This document shows, piece after piece, positions 44,282 through 56,930 of a stretch of 64,000 nt of DNA. Position 1 is the stretch's first letter, and each line of letters starts with the position of its first letter. The notes under the pieces are model-generated. The model was not told the origin of the DNA and did not search any database. It was given only the letters and a program-made list of their open reading frames with translations. The position numbers and the translations under genes are program-made. Source of the stretch: Piromyces finnis finn. Lineage: Eukaryota; Fungi; Neocallimastigomycota. Location of the stretch: NCBI GenBank assembly GCA_002104945.1, contig MCFH01000003.1, positions 1,240,001 through 1,304,000 on the forward strand, given 5' to 3'.

Positions 44282-46085
44282 AATAATAAAATTTTCAAAA
44301 AATCAAAAAAATTTTAACCTCCTCACCCCCCAAAAAAAAAAAAAAAAGAAAAAAGAAATAGTTCATTCTAACCTATATGTATTTTGTTTATTTTATCTAT
44401 TTTAATAATTTATATAGAAATTTTAAGTAATAATAAGAAAATAAAATAAAAAAAAAAGAAAAAAAAAAGATAGTGACTCCTATCTATCTTGTTTTATTAA
44501 TGAATAAAATATTCCTATAAAAAATTATAATAATAATAATAATAATAGTAATTCAATAAAAGTAAAAAAAAAAAAATAAATAATAAAATAATAAAAGTAA
44601 ATAGACATGAAAATTGTTATTGGTATATATCTATTTAATATTTTTCGAAAATCTTTTAATGAAAATGATAAAAGATGACATGACCAAGTTCTAGTCTTTT
44701 CTTACAATTCCATGAAATATTGTCTAGACCTAACCAAATAATAAAAAAAAAAAAAAAGTCTTGATTATGAAAATAAAATAAAATAAAATAAAAAAAAAAA
44801 AAGGATCCTCTTTGTTAAATTCTTATTATAAAAATAAAACCTCTTTAAAAAAGTTTCAAATCTTTTAATCCTTAAAAAAATGGTTTAATTTTTTATTTTT
44901 TTATTTTTATTTGTTTACTTTTATTTTTATACAATATACATTGAATTACATTTTTGAAATAATAAACTTTTTTTTTTTTTGCTTTTATATTTTCCTTGGT
45001 AGAGTTTTTATTATCGTCAAAATTACTTTTTTTTTTTTTTTTTTAGTCATGATGTTTGTTTTTTTTTTTTTTTTTGTATTCTTTGTTTTTTCTTTTTTTG
45101 GGGGGGGGTTGTTTTTTTTATATTCAATTCTTAATCATGTTTTTGATAAATTTTTTTTGTTTGTTTGTCTTTTTGTTATTGTTGACTTGTGTGTGTTTTC
45201 TTTCAACTTTTTTTGTTTTTTAAACAATGGAATAGTTGTTTTTTTTTTTTTTTTTTTTTCATTAAAACTTTTTCAAATGAAAAAAAAAAAAAAAGGTTAA
45301 TCGTCTAAGTTTTATGGTAGGTTAAAAATATATATATTGATTAAAAAAAAAAAAAGAAATTTACTCTATACTAGAACTTAAAAAATTCTATTGCTAGCAA
45401 AGGGGAATAAGAAATAAAAAAAATAAACATCTCTAAAGAAATATAAAATTAAACTAGCTAGGTTCAATCTTTTTTAATAAAATAAATCTATCTATAACTT
45501 TTAAATTATTATTGATTTTATTTAGATTAATAAATATCGTAGGAAAAAAAAAAAAACTATTTTTCTATCTTCTACCTTTTTTTTTTTTGAGGGGGTTTAA
45601 CTGCTAAAGATGAATAAATTTTAGGTTTGAAAAAAAAGAAAAATTTAAAACTTTTTTAAAAAAACTAATCTTCTTTTTAAAAGCTAATTTTTTTATATTT
45701 TATATTAAAATATATTTTTATAAAAAAAAAAAAAGGCAATGTTGGGATAAATGCTTCTATTATTTAAAATTAAACCATAAAATGATTTAAAAAAAAAAAA
45801 TTTTTTTTTCCTTATAAAAATTATAATTTTATTATATATTTAAATGAATTGTGAATTTTATTTTATATTAAAATATATTAAAAAAAAAAAAGAACAAATA
45901 GTAATTATAATTTTATGATTTGTTTAATAAAACTTCTCCATCAAAGATGGATAAATTTCACGATGATGATAATTTTTTTTCTTATTTTCTAAATCATTGA
46001 TAGGAAAATCTATAGGTTTTAAAAGGAATTATGTGGATAGTTTTGTGGATATCTTAAGGTTTTACACACAATGAGTTACTTAAAT

Positions 46086-47456
46086 TTACATCATTTCATA
46101 GGTTTCACCCATTTCACCCATTTCACCACCAACTTCTTCTTCTTCGTAGTATTCTTCTTCATCATCAACAGTAGCATCTTGGTATTGTTGGTATTCAGAA
46201 ACAAGATCGTTCATGTTAGATTCAGCTTCAGTGAATTCCATTTCATCCATACCTTCACCAGTGAACCAATGGAGATAAGCCTTTCTTCTGAACATAGCAG
46301 TGAATTGATCGTTGATACGCTTGAATAAGTCTTGAATAGCAGTAGAGTTACCAATGAAGGTAGAAGACATCTTAAGACCTCTTGGTGGAATATCACAAAC
46401 AGCAGTCTTAATGTTTTGTGGAATCCATTCAACAAAGTAAGAACTGTTCTTGTTTTGGACGTTGTACATTTGTTCTTCAACTTCCTTAGTAGCCATACGA
46501 CCACGGAAGAAGACGGCAACGGTTAAGTAACGACCGTGACGTGGGTCAGAAGCAGCCATCATGTTCTTGGCATCGAATAATTGTTGAGTAAGTTCTGGAA
46601 CAGTAAGAGCACTGTATTGTTGGCTACCACGAGCGGTAAGTGGAGCGAAACCAACCATGAAGAAGTGAAGACGTGGGAATGGAACTAAGTTAACAGCAAG
46701 CTTTCTTAAATCAGAGTTAAGTTGACCTGGGAAACGAAGACCAGTAGTAATACCACTCATAACGAAGGAAACGAGATGGTTAAGATCACCGTAAGTTGGA
46801 GTAGTGAGCTTAAGAGTACGGAAACAGATATCGTATAAGGCTTCGTTATCAATACAGAAGGTTTCATCAGAGTTTTCAACTAATTGGTGAACAGAAAGAG
46901 TAGCATTGTATGGTTCAACAACAGCATCAGAAACCTTTGGAGATGGAACAACAGAGAAAGTACTCATCATACGATCTGGGAATTCTTCACGAATCTTGGA
47001 AAGTAAAAGGGTACCCATACCAGCACCTGTACCACCACCAAGAGAGTGAGTAATTTGGAAACCTTGAAGACATTCACAACCTTCAGCTTCCTTTCTAACA
47101 ACATCAAGAACGGAATCGACAAGTTCAGCACCTTCAGTGTAGTGACCCTTAGCCCAGTTGTTACCAGCACCAGATTGACCGAAGATGAAGTTGTCTGGAC
47201 GGAATAATTGACCGTATGGACCAGCACGAATAGAGTCCATGGTTCCTGGTTCTAAATCGACAAGAACAGCACGTGGAACGTACTTACCACCAGAGGCTTC
47301 ATTGTAGAAAACATCAATGCGTTCTAATTGAAGATCATCGGTACCAACGTATTGACCAGTTGGGTCGACACCGTGTTCATCAGAAATAATTTCCCAGAAC
47401 TTGGAACCAATTTGGTTACCACATTGACCAGTTTGAAGATGAACGATTTCACGCAT
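46086..47456 (-). CDS. TUB2: Beta-tubulin, single coding exon, 456 aa
   Basis: [49 protein letters not shown], acidic tail. Confidence 0.99.
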   Translation of the reverse strand: MREIVHLQTGQCGNQIGSKFWEIISDEHGVDPTGQYVGTDDLQLERIDVFYNEASGGKYVPRAVLVDLEPGTMDSIRAGPYGQLFRPDNFIFGQSGAGNNWAKGHYTEGAELVDSVLDVVRKEAEGCECLQGFQITHSLGGGTGAGMGTLLLSKIREEFPDRMMSTFSVVPSPKVSDAVVEPYNATLSVHQLVENSDETFCIDNEALYDICFRTLKLTTPTYGDLNHLVSFVMSGITTGLRFPGQLNSDLRKLAVNLVPFPRLHFFMVGFAPLTARGSQQYSALTVPELTQQLFDAKNMMAASDPRHGRYLTVAVFFRGRMATKEVEEQMYNVQNKNSSYFVEWIPQNIKTAVCDIPPRGLKMSSTFIGNSTAIQDLFKRINDQFTAMFRRKAYLHWFTGEGMDEMEFTEAESNMNDLVSEYQQYQDATVDDEEEYYEEEEVGGEMGEMGETYEMM

Positions 47457-48499
47457 GTTGTCTAATTTAAAAAAAAATAAAACAAAATAAAAAATTTTAT
47501 TAATATTTTTTATTACTACAAATATTAACTTTTTTTCAAAATGAAAATAAAAATATTTTATAAAATATTAAATAACACAGTGTCAATATACTGGTTATAT
47601 ATATATATAATAATCTTTATTCATTGATATACTTTATATATATATTTTTAAAAAAAAAATGAAACATTTTTATTTAATAATATTTATTGTCATAATGTTT
47701 TGAACTTTTTAATTTTAATGTATAAAATAACTTTTTTTTTTTTTTGCCTTCCCATACTACTTTTAAAATATGTAATTCTTAGTAATTACTTTACTAAATA
47801 TACATAATCCTCGGTTAAAATTATCTTTTTGTTCCTTTATTTCTTTTTTTTTTAAAAAAAAAAAGCCATTATTAATCCTTTTGTTATATTATTTAGTGTT
47901 TTTAAAATTTTGTGGCTTTTGTTTACTTTACATCATACTTTTTTTTTACTGATAAAACATCCTTTTATTTTGTTGTTATGGTTATAATATTTTGTTTTGA
48001 AATAACAAATATACTTTTTCTATTGTATTTACTTTATTACTTTCTTTTTTTTCCTTTTAATAATTTACTAATATAACATATTACAAATATAACTTTTTTT
48101 TTTTTAGTTACCTTATTATTTCTATTAAATTTAATTATAAATAAAAATAGTTAGAAAATAAAAAAAAGGAAGGAAATATGTTTTTATTTATAAGATTTCG
48201 AAAACTAATAAAAACAATTTATTAATAATATATTATCGCCATATATTAATATATTGAATTGATTTAAAAAATAATTGCTAAAAAATTTTTTTATTTTATA
48301 ATAATTTGATATTATGATGATATTGGATAATTTATTAGCATAATTGACATTAATTTTTTTAATTAGGATTACAATTACAATTACAAATAGAATACAATAT
48401 TTTATTTTGATTATATTGTAATATATGATATAATATATTATTCAATGAATTTAATTACAAATTGTATAAGACAAAATTTAAATAATAAAAAATTTTCAC

Positions 48500-49170
48500 T
48501 TTTTCATCATCAACATCTCATCAAAATTATTAGGATTTGAGAAGAAAAGTTTAATTCATACGCTTCATATTAATATTGTCATATATTTCATTATAATAAT
48601 TGCATCTCTTTGGATAATAATTTTTGCATTATTCATCTGTTGTCCATATTAACATTCTATCCTACTTAACTGTTTGTTTGTCTACTGTTTATTTAGTTTG
48701 TTAGGTAGCTATTTATTTATTTATCTAGTTGTTTATCTAATTATTATTTATTTATTCATTCATTTATTTATTTAGAAAGTGTGTATATTAAAAATTGAAT
48801 CAAATTATTTATTTTATTTCACTTTAATTGAAATGAGCAGTATAATATTTTTATGGAATAATTTAATTTGATTTAATTGATAATATATTATTAATGAATT
48901 TCCATAAAAGATAAATTTAATAATGAAAAATAAATTTGTATTAATGATACCTCATTCATTGTTGTAAAATAATAATAATTAAAGTTTGACTTCTTACACA
49001 AAATAAGTTGATAATCATTAATCATGCTAATTATATAAACTAGAATTCATATATTAATTTATATTAAAATATATTGTTAATAGAATTAATATCCTTATGG
49101 TGAATATATTAATCATAGAATGGAATGATTTCAATGGACCGAATTACAAATTATTAAGTATGGGATATTT
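48500..49170. pseudogene. Possible coding relics
   Basis: Stop-interrupted coding-like strings: IWTTDE*CKNYYPKRCNYYNEIYDNINMKR on minus at about 48660-48560, and YPYGEYINHRME*FQWTELQIIKYG on plus at about 49090-49165. Confidence 0.15.
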
Positions 49171-50045
49171 TATTAATATATTTACATTACAATGAAATAA
49201 ATGGAATATTATATTATATCATATATTAAATAATACTTTGGCTTCTCTTTTTTATTACAATTAAAAAAATGTAGTACATAAATATTAAAATAATTATTTT
49301 AATTTATAGAAATTATGAATACATTTATATGATGTATACATTATATGTGAAGTTATGTATACATTTTGTTAAAAAATAAAAAACTTACTAAATTAATAAT
49401 AAAAAGTAGGTGAATTTCTTTAGATTCTTTTATCAATAAAACTTGGGTATTTAATTTTTTTGCAAGCGTACTTTTTTTAAACTTGAATACTTACATCCAT
49501 TAAGTTAAACCAATTTTGTTTTGTTTTGTTTTTTTACTTAACTTTAATTCATATTAATTAATTAATATTTTGTACAAAAAAAAAAGCATCTTTCTTAAAT
49601 TAGATTAATTAATTTATTGATTCAACAATAAACGAAAAAATTACTTTGAAAACGCTAAACCTTAGCATAAATAAACTATAAAAAAAAATGATTTAATATG
49701 GATTTAACTCAATAAAAGTTTAAAACAAAATGCATAGAAGAAGGCTTCATCTTCTTTTAAATATAACAGCAACATTTCTTATATGAATTGATTTGTGAGA
49801 AAAAAAATAAAGTATATAACACAATAAAAATTGATTTTGAGGCTAATTTTTAAAAAAAAAAGTTATATATATTATTTAAATATTATTTATGAATTTTCTT
49901 TTATTTTAAAAAAGAATGATGTTCTACTTTAAACTCTCGTAGTTAAAATCATACTTTTATTTGAATAATGTGTATGTTTCAATAAAATAAAAAATACATC
50001 TTTCTTCATCCTTTCTTTACCAATTTTTTCTCTTTTTTTGGTTAG

Positions 50046-50078
50046 TTACATTCCTCCAGCATCTTCTTCTTCCCACAC
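50046..50078 (-). CDS. Isolated candidate terminal exon (VWEEEDAGGM*)
   Basis: Strong acceptor tctttatttcag at 50079-50090, then a GC-richer 10-codon stretch and TAA. Upstream exons not identified. Confidence 0.3.
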   Translation of the reverse strand: MWEEEDAGGM

Positions 50079-50943
50079 CTGAAATAAAGAAGAATAAATT
50101 AAAAAAAAAACATTTTTTAATATAAACAAATAATATGACAAAGTTTATTTATTATAATTTTAATTAAAATGAAATTAAATAAATATAAAATATTTGGATT
50201 AAAAAGTTTATTTTATAATAAAAGAATTTAAAAGTAACACAGATTGTAATTTATATATATTACAATATATTTTAATTTATTAGAACAATTATTAATAAAT
50301 TAATAAATCTTAAAAAAAATTAAAGAAATTTGCTATTAAAAATTAAAGGTAAAAAGGTAAAGAAAGAAAGAAAAGAAGAAAAAGAGAATTATTATAAAAA
50401 AAGGTAAATGCTAGCTTTGATATTAAAAGCATTGGAAAAAGTATTTACTTTAATGTTAAATTAAATATTTATCAAAGAAAAGGATAATAAAGTAAATATA
50501 AAATAATAAAAAGGAAAAAAGTTTTAAAAGCTTTTTGATATTATTTAATGGTTTAGTGATGAAATTGACTCATTTATATTTTTACTAGTAAATTTATTGT
50601 GAAAAGAATAAAGAATTCAATATTTTATTACGACTATCATTACTAATTCATAAACACTATTAAAATCAACATAACTATTTTCAATGCTTTTTTTTTTGGT
50701 TATTGTTTTTCTTTTGCAATTGTGAAAGGGTTAAAACCATTTAAACACTTAATCCTTGATGGATGATTGGGTAAAAATTATGAAGAATTTAAAATTTATA
50801 CACATGTTTTCTATGTATTTTTAAATGAAACATGTACATAAACAAGTTAGAATGGATATAGCCTAAAAAATGGTCATTAATAAAACATAAAGATAATAAC
50901 AACCGTTGTTATTAATGCTATAGCTAATACTATTATATATATG

Positions 50944-51050
50944 TTAATATATTTGTTAAAGGATAAGAGTTTTGTTATTCTTGTAAAGGTTTAATATATA
51001 TTAATATATTTGTTAAAGAATAAGAGCTTTGTTATTCTTGTAAAGGTTTA
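50944..51050. repeat. 57-bp period tandem duplication
   Basis: ttaatatatttgttaaag(g/a)ataagag(t/c)tttgttattcttgtaaaggttta occurs at 50944 and 51001. Confidence 0.85.
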
Positions 51051-51426
51051 TTTTATCTTATTAATAAGAATTGTTAAACTAATATATACTATTAAATGCT
51101 TATTATAGTAATTCAAAAGGTACATTGTTAAATACTTATGTCCATATTTTTTTCTTTTTTTTTTAAAAAACATAAAATCTTTAATATGAAAAATACATAT
51201 TATTTGTTCATTTATTTTGGTATTTCACTCAAAAAAAAATACAAGTATTAAAGTTTTTTATATTTATATTGATTTTAGGTATCATACATAGAATATATAA
51301 AATATCATGTGATCATAATATAAAAATTAATTTAATAAAAATTTTTAAAATTTTGTTTTTTTATTAATATAAAAAAAAAATAATTAACGTTTTAAATAAT
51401 AAAGTAAGTTATAATTAAATTTAAAA

Positions 51427-53058
51427 ATGTCTTATTCTGAAACTAAAGCTGTTTGGCATCCATTAGAATCCAACCCAGAAGTTTGTTAATTTGTTTCATA
51501 TTAAAATAAAAATAATAAAACAATAACAATAACAATAATAATTACAAGAATTATTAATGTTTTTATGCTATCCTTAATCACTTTCTTTTTTTTTTTTTAA
51601 TTTTCTTTCTTTCTTATTTTCCTTATAACCAAAAACATTGATGCTTTGTAATATTAAAATCTAAAATTTAATATATTATCAAGATTATGAATGAGGTAAA
51701 TTTCAATTAGTTCATGATTCTTATTAAATGAATTAATAAATAATAAAAATTGTTAAATGAATTGAAAAAAAGTAATAATTTATGTCTCATTATTGGAAAA
51801 TAGTACATTCATAAATTAGGTGTTACAGGAAGTTGGGGTTTTTCTGATTTATGGGGTAATTTTGTGTAAAAAATGTAGTTTTAGAAAGTTTTTTTTTTTT
51901 TTTTTTTTTTTTTTTATATATATATATTATGTATATATTATTTTAATATAATATTAATACTTATAAAATGGTAAAAAAAAAAAAAAAATACATTATTATA
52001 TGACTATATTGATATGCTTTATTAAATAGGTTTAGATGATGAAGCTCTTATGTTTGTTAGTCAGCCTTGCTTAGCTGTCTTATTATTATTCCCAATTACT
52101 GAAAATGTACATTTCATTACATGTAAAATTCAATTGAATAACTTTTTTTTTTTTTTTTTTTGAAAATTTAAATTAAAAATGAAATATTTACTATTCTTGT
52201 ATATTATAAAGAGTGAAAACCTTACTAAAGATGAAAATGAAAGAATTAAAAAGACAGGTCAAATTGTTTCAAAGAATATCTATTTTTCAAATCAAACTAT
52301 TCCTGTAATTAGACCATAATATACTATATATATATATATATTCTATATCATTAACAATTATAGATAGATAAATTATAAATATATATATTTATTAATATAT
52401 TTTCTTTTGTTTAATTCATTCAATTATAATATCCATGTATCTCATGTATCATTTAATTATTTTATGATTAAGAATGCTTGTGGTACCATGGCTATTCTTC
52501 ATTCCTTATTAAATAATACAGAACTTGTTGATATTGGTGCGTATAATAATAAAAATAAAAAATGTATATTATATCAATTAATATATAATTTTTAAATAAT
52601 AATAATATAATAAATAAAATAAAGGGGATGGTATTTTAAGGAAAATTTATGATGAAACCAAGGACCTTTCACCTATCGAAAAAGCAAAATATTTGGAAGA
52701 AAGTAAAGATTTAGCTTCTGTTCATTATGAATATTCTGTTCAAGGTCAAACTAATGTTGGTGAAGCTGAAGATAATGTTGATTTACATTTTATTTGTTTT
52801 ATTCAAAAGGATGGCGATCTTTATGAATTAGATGGTAGAAAAGAATTCCCAATCAATCATGGAAAATGTGATGATTTATTAAAGGTAAAAATTTTAATAT
52901 TTTTATGTATATTTTTTTAATCAAACTAAATAAATATTAAAATTATTTTTTTTTTATTTGTATATATTAAGGGTGCTTCTAATATCATAAAGGATGTTAT
53001 TGCTAGAAATCCAAGCAGTAATGAAATTACTGCTCAAGTTTTTGTTCCTCTTGATTAA
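51427..53058 (+). CDS. YUH1: Ubiquitin C-terminal hydrolase, peptidase C12 (UCH-L3/Yuh1)
   Basis: WHPLESNPE, VLLLFPIT, QTIP-NACGTMAILHSL (catalytic Cys), DLHFICF (His), LYELDGRK (Asp). ATG at 51427, TAA at 53056-53058. Confidence 0.95.
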
Positions 53059-53447
53059 ATTTGATTTTTACCTAATTTATTTATTTGAAAATACTCTTTA
53101 TTAACATATTTAAACAAAAAATATACATCATAAAACTAAAGTGTTATTATTAATATCACATATAAAAATAAAAATAAAAATAAAAATAAAATAAAAATAA
53201 AAATAAAATAAAAATAAAAATAAAAATGAAAAAATAAAAAATTAAATAATGAATAAAATATTATAATATTATAATTATTTTATTTATTTCGATTAGTATT
53301 AAAGTTTAAAACACACACACATATATATATTATAAATATTATTTAATGAGAGGATAAAGACTTTAGAACAACAATACATATTGTATTACATCTGTATTAA
53401 TTGCTTATAGTCAAAAATAACTTTTATTGATAATTTATAATAATAGT

Positions 53448-53738
<291 letters not shown>

Positions 53739-53742
53739 TTAG

Positions 53743-56265
53743 TTAGTTAATTTTTATAGTGCCTAGTTTTTGCTTGGTTTTTATTTTTATTTATTTTTCT
53801 TATTAAATTTACATATATATTTACTTACTTTGTTCGATGTTTAACATAATTTTTTCAAAATGTTCATTACTTAGTCCATATTTGTTATATTGATAGATAT
53901 AGGCTTTAGTAGAGTACATTCGAGAAACCTTTTCAATTACTTCTTCTAGTTTTGGAATGATTGCAGTGGAATTACTATGATATACAATATATATATAATA
54001 TAAATGTTTCATTACTTTATAGATGATGATGAAAATTATAAAATTTATCAAGTTAAGACAAAAAAAAAGTATCTTACCTTATTAAGTAGGCCGACTGTGA
54101 GTATTTATAAGAATCATGTGAAAAGTAGGTATTGAATTTATTGGGAAATGATATTGTATAATTGTAATTAAAATAGAGTTGAGAAGATATCAATTCTACA
54201 GGATCATCTTTCTTTTTATCTCTATATTTATATAATTTTAAATCATTTACATCATAATTTGAAAATGAATCTTCTTTGTAATAGTCACTAATGTTACCAT
54301 TTCTTTTTGAATTTTCTAATGGTATAATTGATGATGATATTGGTCGAGAATGATCTTCTACTGGAGATGAAATACTCTTTCCTCGTAGTATCAATACGTT
54401 ACTGATAAACCATTGATATGGATTTGTTAATTCGTTGTACGGTTTTTTTATGTTAATAGTCCAATTTAATTTTTCATCAATAGATTTATCTGTTAGAGCC
54501 ATTTGAGATAGTGATCGAAGTAGTCCATTCCAATTAGTAAAATTAAATTGTTCGACCATTCCTGTAGATGTCTATTTAATAATAAATGATTTTTTTTATT
54601 ATAAATATGGTAAAAATAAAAAAAAAATATAAAAACATAAAAAAAATTATTAAATATATACTAAATAAATAGATTAAAATATTTAATCGATAGTAATGAT
54701 AATTAAAGTTTAAAATGATATCAAAATTTTAAAATAATGCTATACACACTATTTATTAGTAAGAAAGAAAAAAAAACATTTTCTTTTTACCTGTGGAACA
54801 AATTTTAAAGATAATAATTTGTATTGTGGAAGAGGACAAAGTTGTTGAATGAGATGTTGCATTGTTACATTTTGTTCTATTTTTTGTTGTAGATGTTGGT
54901 ATTGAAAAATAGAAAGATTTCTTGTTTTTAGTCTAGGTATATTATTAGTAGTGAAAGGAGTTGATGTTTGTAATGGTTTTTTATTTAGGAAAAGATTCAC
55001 CATGGTATCAGCAATTAAGGTATTTATATGTTGAAACGATACAATTTTATAATTTAATCGTGATGAACAAATAGTATGAAATTCATTATTAAATATTAAA
55101 AGAATAGCATCGGAATACTGTATATTTGCCAATGAAATTTATAATAATTAGAAAAACAAAACAAAACAAAACAAAAACAATATATATATTATATGATGTA
55201 ATATAGACATGATTTATCTTACTTTATATAAATGTGCAATAGATAAAATAATGTTATAATTTTGAACGACAACTTCTCCTGTTTGATAAGGCCATACAGC
55301 TAAATTTACTATTGTAGAATAAGGATAATCTTTTCGTAACATTTCTGTAAAATAGGAACCTATTAGAAAGAGAAAAAAATTATACATTTAAATTTATTAA
55401 TTAACATATTGACTTTTTGAATTTTTTTCGTAATAAAATTTATTAAAAAAAAAAAAAAAACATATTTAATGCTTTTTTAATTAACCTAGACCAGAACCGG
55501 TTCCTCCTGCCAAACTTTGAATAATTAGAAAAGAATCAAAATTTGTGCAATTTTCAACTTCAACTTTTATTCTATCCTTAATTGCTTCATAAGCTTTAGG
55601 ACCATGAATATAATATCTATTTATATATATATATATATGCATTAAATGTAAAAAAAAAAAATCAATATTAGTCTATAGACATTATAATGTTTTTTTTTTT
55701 TTGTTAAAATAAAATTCAGTATTTTTTATCCTTTTCTTTTTTATTTTATTTTACTTTTTTTTACACTTTTTTCTATTACTATTATGCATGTATTATATTA
55801 TTAGAGTACTTACCCAAATGACCAATTATTTGCTGCTCCAATTTGTTCATGATAAATATTATTTTCATTATATTGCCAGGATCTTCCTTTAGTTTGTCTT
55901 ATTATATTTTTAATAACTTTGACTTCAGAATCTATTAATATTGCTCTTGCTTTTAATTTTTCAGTGGATGGCTTTGTTTTTAAATCATTTTTCATCAACT
56001 TTTTTTTATTGATATCTTGAGGTATATTAAAGAAACGTTGATAATATTCCTTATGTTTGGTGTAAGAATGAACTTTTACGTCTGTTAACGTGACATTTTC
56101 TTTATTGTTGGGTTCCACCTTTTCTGTACATTTATTACTTGAAGAAAGGTTATCGGTATTCCTACTAATATTATATTTTTTATCTAAATAACTTGAAAGT
56201 GTATTAAAAAAATTAAATCCTATCTGATTACCACATTGTCCAATTTGAATTACTACAATTGACAT
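53743..56265 (-). CDS. TUBD1: Delta-tubulin
   Basis: [98 protein letters not shown]. The NNWxxG, V.DxE.KV and AYxxQYxKYG patterns fit the delta family. The last exon is uncertain. Confidence 0.85.
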
Positions 56266-56930
56266 TCTACAAATGTATATTTTTTTTTTAAATTTTTTTT
56301 ACGGATAATGAATGTAACTATAATAATTAATAATATAAATATAGTATTTATAACACAATCCTTTCTAATAATTGTTGACTAAAAGATGTATTTATTTTTA
56401 TTCTTTTTATTCTTTTTACTTAAATTTTAAAGATTAAATTATTTGAAATGCGTACTTTTTTTTCATGTTTCATTTTTAAAATTATATATATTTTTTAATT
56501 AAATTAATTATTATTAAATATTAAATTAAAATTTATTAATAAATTTTAAAATTCTATTTTTTTATTAATATTTTAAGTTTTTTATTCCTTTTTTTTTTTT
56601 TATTTTTATTTTATTTTTTTATTATTTATTTTTAAATATTTGTGTAATTTATAATTCATTTATTAACCAATCATATCATGAGAAATGTTTAAATCTTTTT
56701 TTTTTTAACTTTTTTTTTTTTTATTAGTATTTATATTTAATACTAGTGATATTTTTTTTTTTGTATATTAATATTATTATTTTGAAAAGTATTTGAATGT
56801 AACAAGAATAGTTTACATTTATTTTCAAGATAAAAAAAAAAAACATTAATTTATTTATTTATTATTTATATCTATATTTATATCGCATAATTTAATTTAT
56901 TTTTATTAAAGTAATATTTATAAAACCAAC

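Noticed and set aside
44911-45300. 129-aa Phe-rich ORF
   Set aside because: Produced by poly(T) runs in intergenic DNA; no motif or codon signal.
45937-45951. Small hairpin tccatc-aaa-gatgga downstream of beta-tubulin
   Set aside because: A 6-bp stem is too short to separate from chance and matches no known 3'-UTR element.
46071-47227. Four ORFs overlapping beta-tubulin in other frames or antisense
   Set aside because: Expected by-products of strong codon bias in a highly expressed gene; no independent protein signal.
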